Assembly: GCF_001017655.1 (NCBI RefSeq)
Contig: NZ_CP010904.1
Span: forward strand, 1,980,001 to 2,012,000
Origin: Kiritimatiella glycovorans
Lineage (GTDB): Bacteria; Verrucomicrobiota; Kiritimatiellia; Kiritimatiellales; Kiritimatiellaceae
Direction: 5' to 3'
Length of the DNA stretch: 32,000 nucleotides
Positions 29,680-32,000 of this stretch are shown here, in pieces. Under the pieces are notes generated by a model. It saw only the letters and a program-made list of their open reading frames with translations, was not told the DNA's origin and made no database searches. The stretch's first letter is position 1; each line of letters opens with the position of its first letter. The translations under genes and the position numbers were made by a program.

Positions 29680-29693
29680 CCTGCCGCCTGGAT

Positions 29694-30899
29694 TTACTCG
29701 ACCACCTCGGTGACCCGGCCGGCGCCGACCGTGCGGCCGCCCTCCCGAATCGCGAAGCGCATGAACTGCTCCATGGCGATCGGCGTGATGAGCTTGACTT
29801 CCATCTGGACGTTGTCGCCCGGCATCACCATCTCGACGCCCTCGGGGAGCGTGATGTCGCCGGTCACGTCGGTCGTACGGAAGTAGAACTGGGGACGGTA
29901 TCCCCGGAAGAACGGCGTATGCCGTCCGCCTTCCTCCTTGCTCAGCACGTAGACTTCCGCGTTGAAGTGGGTGTGCGGCGTGATCGAACCCGGCTTGGCG
30001 AGCACCTGCCCGCGCTCCACCTGGTCCTTCTTGACCCCGCGCAGGAGGCAGCCGATGTTGTCGCCCGCCTGTCCCTCGTCGAGGATCTTCCGGAACATCT
30101 CCACGCCCGTGACCGTCGTCTTCTGCGTATCGTGAATGCCCACGATCTCGATGTCGTCGCCGGTGTGCACCATGCCGCGTTCGACGCGACCCGTGACGAC
30201 CGTTCCGCGACCCTCGATCGAGAAGACGTCCTCGATGGGCATCAGGAAGTCCTGGTCCACGAGGCGCTCGGGTTCCTCGATAAACGAATCCAGCGCGTCC
30301 AGCAGCTCCTGGATGCACTTGGTCTTCTCTTCATCCGTGGGATTCTCCAGCGCCGGCAGCGCGGAACCGCGGATGATCGGCGTGTCGTCGCCCGGGAACT
30401 CGTACTTGTCGAGAAGCTCGCGCACTTCCAGCTCCACGAGATCCAGCAGCTCCTCGTCGTCCACGAGGTCGCACTTGTTCAGAAACACCACGATCCGCGG
30501 CACGCCCACCTGGCGCGCGAGCAGAATGTGCTCCCGGGTCTGCGGCATCGGTCCGTCCGCCGCGCTCACCACGAGCACCGCGCCGTCCATCTGGGCCGCC
30601 CCCGTCACCATGTTCTTCACATAGTCCGCATGGCCCGGGCAGTCGACGTGCGCGTAGTGCCGGTTATCGGTCTGATACTCCACGTGCGACGTGGCGATCG
30701 TCAGGATCTTCGTCGCATCGCGACGACCCTGAGATTCGGAAGCCTTCGCCACCTGGTCGTACGTGATGGACTCCGCCATGCCCTTGGCGCCCTGCGCCGC
30801 GGTGATCGCCGCCGTCAGCGTGGTTTTCCCGTGGTCGACGTGACCGATGGTCCCGACGTTCACGTGAGGTTTTGTCCGCTCGAATTTCTCCTTAGCCAT
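29694..30899 (-). CDS. tuf: Translation elongation factor Tu (atypical switch I)
   Basis: 401 aa. G motifs [17 protein letters not shown] and NKCD. The C-terminal domains are fully conserved ([15 protein letters not shown]...[13 protein letters not shown]). AGGAGG SD is present. Confidence 0.97.
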   Translation of the reverse strand: MAKEKFERTKPHVNVGTIGHVDHGKTTLTAAITAAQGAKGMAESITYDQVAKASESQGRRDATKILTIATSHVEYQTDNRHYAHVDCPGHADYVKNMVTGAAQMDGAVLVVSAADGPMPQTREHILLARQVGVPRIVVFLNKCDLVDDEELLDLVELEVRELLDKYEFPGDDTPIIRGSALPALENPTDEEKTKCIQELLDALDSFIEEPERLVDQDFLMPIEDVFSIEGRGTVVTGRVERGMVHTGDDIEIVGIHDTQKTTVTGVEMFRKILDEGQAGDNIGCLLRGVKKDQVERGQVLAKPGSITPHTHFNAEVYVLSKEEGGRHTPFFRGYRPQFYFRTTDVTGDITLPEGVEMVMPGDNVQMEVKLITPIAMEQFMRFAIREGGRTVGAGRVTEVVE

Positions 30900-30944
30900 C
30901 TCAGGTTCCTCCTGACTCTTTCCGTTCTTTCCTGCCGCTCAACG

Positions 30945-31020
<76 letters not shown>

Positions 31021-31254
31021 CGAATCCGACTCGCATCCCGCTTCATGCCCACGTCCGCCCCTGCAGGCCGCCCGCTTTTCCGCAACGGGAGGCCGGGACC
31101 ACACGCGGCTTTACATTTTGTTCCGCCGACGATAAGTGTCTTTTTTCCGATGCGCGACGAAACACAAGCCGCCATCGCCAATAAAGAGCGAAAAACATAC
31201 CTTAATGAGCAAGACTGTCAACCTATAAGACGAAAAAATTGAGGGGAAATTCAG
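31021..31254. promoter_or_regulatory. Divergent intergenic region, expected to hold the promoters of the tRNA-Thr/tuf array (minus) and trpD (plus)
   Basis: This is the largest non-coding gap on the right side. The 31110-31250 part is markedly AT-richer than the surroundings. The GAGGGG SD at 31241-31246 lies 8 nt before the trpD ATG. I could not identify convincing -35/-10 hexamers. Confidence 0.3.
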
Positions 31255-32000
31255 ATGATCCGCGAATGCGTCCATAAACTGCTGGCGGGCGAAGCGCTCT
31301 CGGAGCCCGAGGCGTATGAAACCATGGGCGATATCATGGAGGACCGCGCGACGGATGCCCAGATCGGGGCCTACCTCGCGGCGCTACGGCTGCGCGGACT
31401 CAGCTCGCCGGTGTTCGCGGGATCCGCGCGGGCGATGCGCGAACGGGCGGTGCCGGTGGCATCGCCGGACCCGGTGACGGTCGATATCGTGGGCACCGGC
31501 GGCGACGGGTCGCACACGTTCAATATCTCCACCACCGCGGCCTTCGTGGCCGCCGGCGCCGGGGTGACGGTGGCGAAACACGGCAGTTACGGGGTCTCGA
31601 GCCGCTGCGGCAGCGCGGATGTCCTGGCGGAACTGGGCGTGAACATCAAGTATCCGCCCGAGACCATGGAGCGCGGCCTGCGCGAGATCGGGCTGGCGTT
31701 CCTGTTCGCCCCCTCGCTCCATCCCGCCATGAAACGCGTGGTCGGCCCTCGCCGGGAACTGGGTTTCTGGAGTCTCTTCAACGTGCTCGGACCGCTATGC
31801 AACCCGGCCCGCGCGGCCTACGGGGTGCTCGGCGTCTTCCGCCCCGACCTGGTCGCGGTGGCCGCCGACGCCGCGGCCCATGTCGGCGTGCGGCACCTCT
31901 ACGTGGTCCACGGACAGGACGGACTCGACGAAATCAGCACCACGGCCCCCACCTTCGTGCGCGAAATCCGCGGCGAACGCATCGAATCCTACGAGATCGC
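31255..32000 (+). CDS. trpD: Anthranilate phosphoribosyltransferase, N-terminal about 248 aa (runs off window end)
   Basis: Hand-called; absent from the ORF track because it is incomplete. Translation: MIRECVHKLLAGEALSEPEAYETMGDIMEDRATDAQIGAYLAALRLRG...VDIVGTGGDGSHTFNISTTAAFVAAGAGVTVAKHGSYGVSSRCGSADVLAELG. The GTGGDG and KHG motifs of TrpD are present. Confidence 0.9.
   Translation, partial: MIRECVHKLLAGEALSEPEAYETMGDIMEDRATDAQIGAYLAALRLRGLSSPVFAGSARAMRERAVPVASPDPVTVDIVGTGGDGSHTFNISTTAAFVAAGAGVTVAKHGSYGVSSRCGSADVLAELGVNIKYPPETMERGLREIGLAFLFAPSLHPAMKRVVGPRRELGFWSLFNVLGPLCNPARAAYGVLGVFRPDLVAVAADAAAHVGVRHLYVVHGQDGLDEISTTAPTFVREIRGERIESYEI

Noticed and set aside
31384-31802. Minus-strand ORFs 31384-31722 and 31587-31802.
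   Set aside because: They are antisense to the clearly recognisable trpD coding sequence and are shadow ORFs.

Overview
GC-rich bacterial chromosomal segment. It is almost entirely one uninterrupted minus-strand array of translation and transcription housekeeping genes. The order is tRNA-Thr(GGU), tuf, rpmG, tRNA-Trp(CCA), secE, nusG, rplKAJL, rpoBC, rpsLG, fusA, the S10 block (rpsJ to rpsQ), the spc block (rplN to rplO), secY, adk, map, infA, rpmJ, rpsM, rpsK, rpoA, rplQ. The array ends at a strong intrinsic terminator (808-837). On the right flank a partial trpD diverges on the plus strand. On the left flank a partial lipoprotein gene runs off the window on the minus strand. I count 44 CDS (3 hand-called because they were below the ORF-track size cutoff or incomplete) and 2 tRNAs. 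Six ORF-track calls were shortened to internal starts that have proper SD sequences. Several genes use GTG or TTG starts. From memory, the S12 and EF-Tu sequences and the tRNA-Thr/tuf/tRNA-Trp/secE layout resemble PVC-group (Chlamydia/Verrucomicrobia-like) bacteria, but this is a low-confidence guess. Honest assessment: I see no defence island, CRISPR, prophage, toxin-antitoxin or other accessory multi-gene system, so I do not think this window hides a novel system. The observations worth a second look are small-scale. (1) A 154-bp element with 19-bp terminal inverted repeats and a 9-10 bp flanking direct repeat (MITE-like or structured RNA) lies just downstream of the rplQ terminator. (2) EF-Tu has a 5-residue insertion and lacks the canonical RGITI switch I motif. 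(3) uS12 has Pro and Cys at the near-invariant K88/L90 positions of the streptomycin-contact loop. (4) uS11 and bL12 carry acidic N-terminal extensions and IF-1 is divergent. (5) There are three discrete intergenic hairpins or spacers inside an otherwise tightly packed array.
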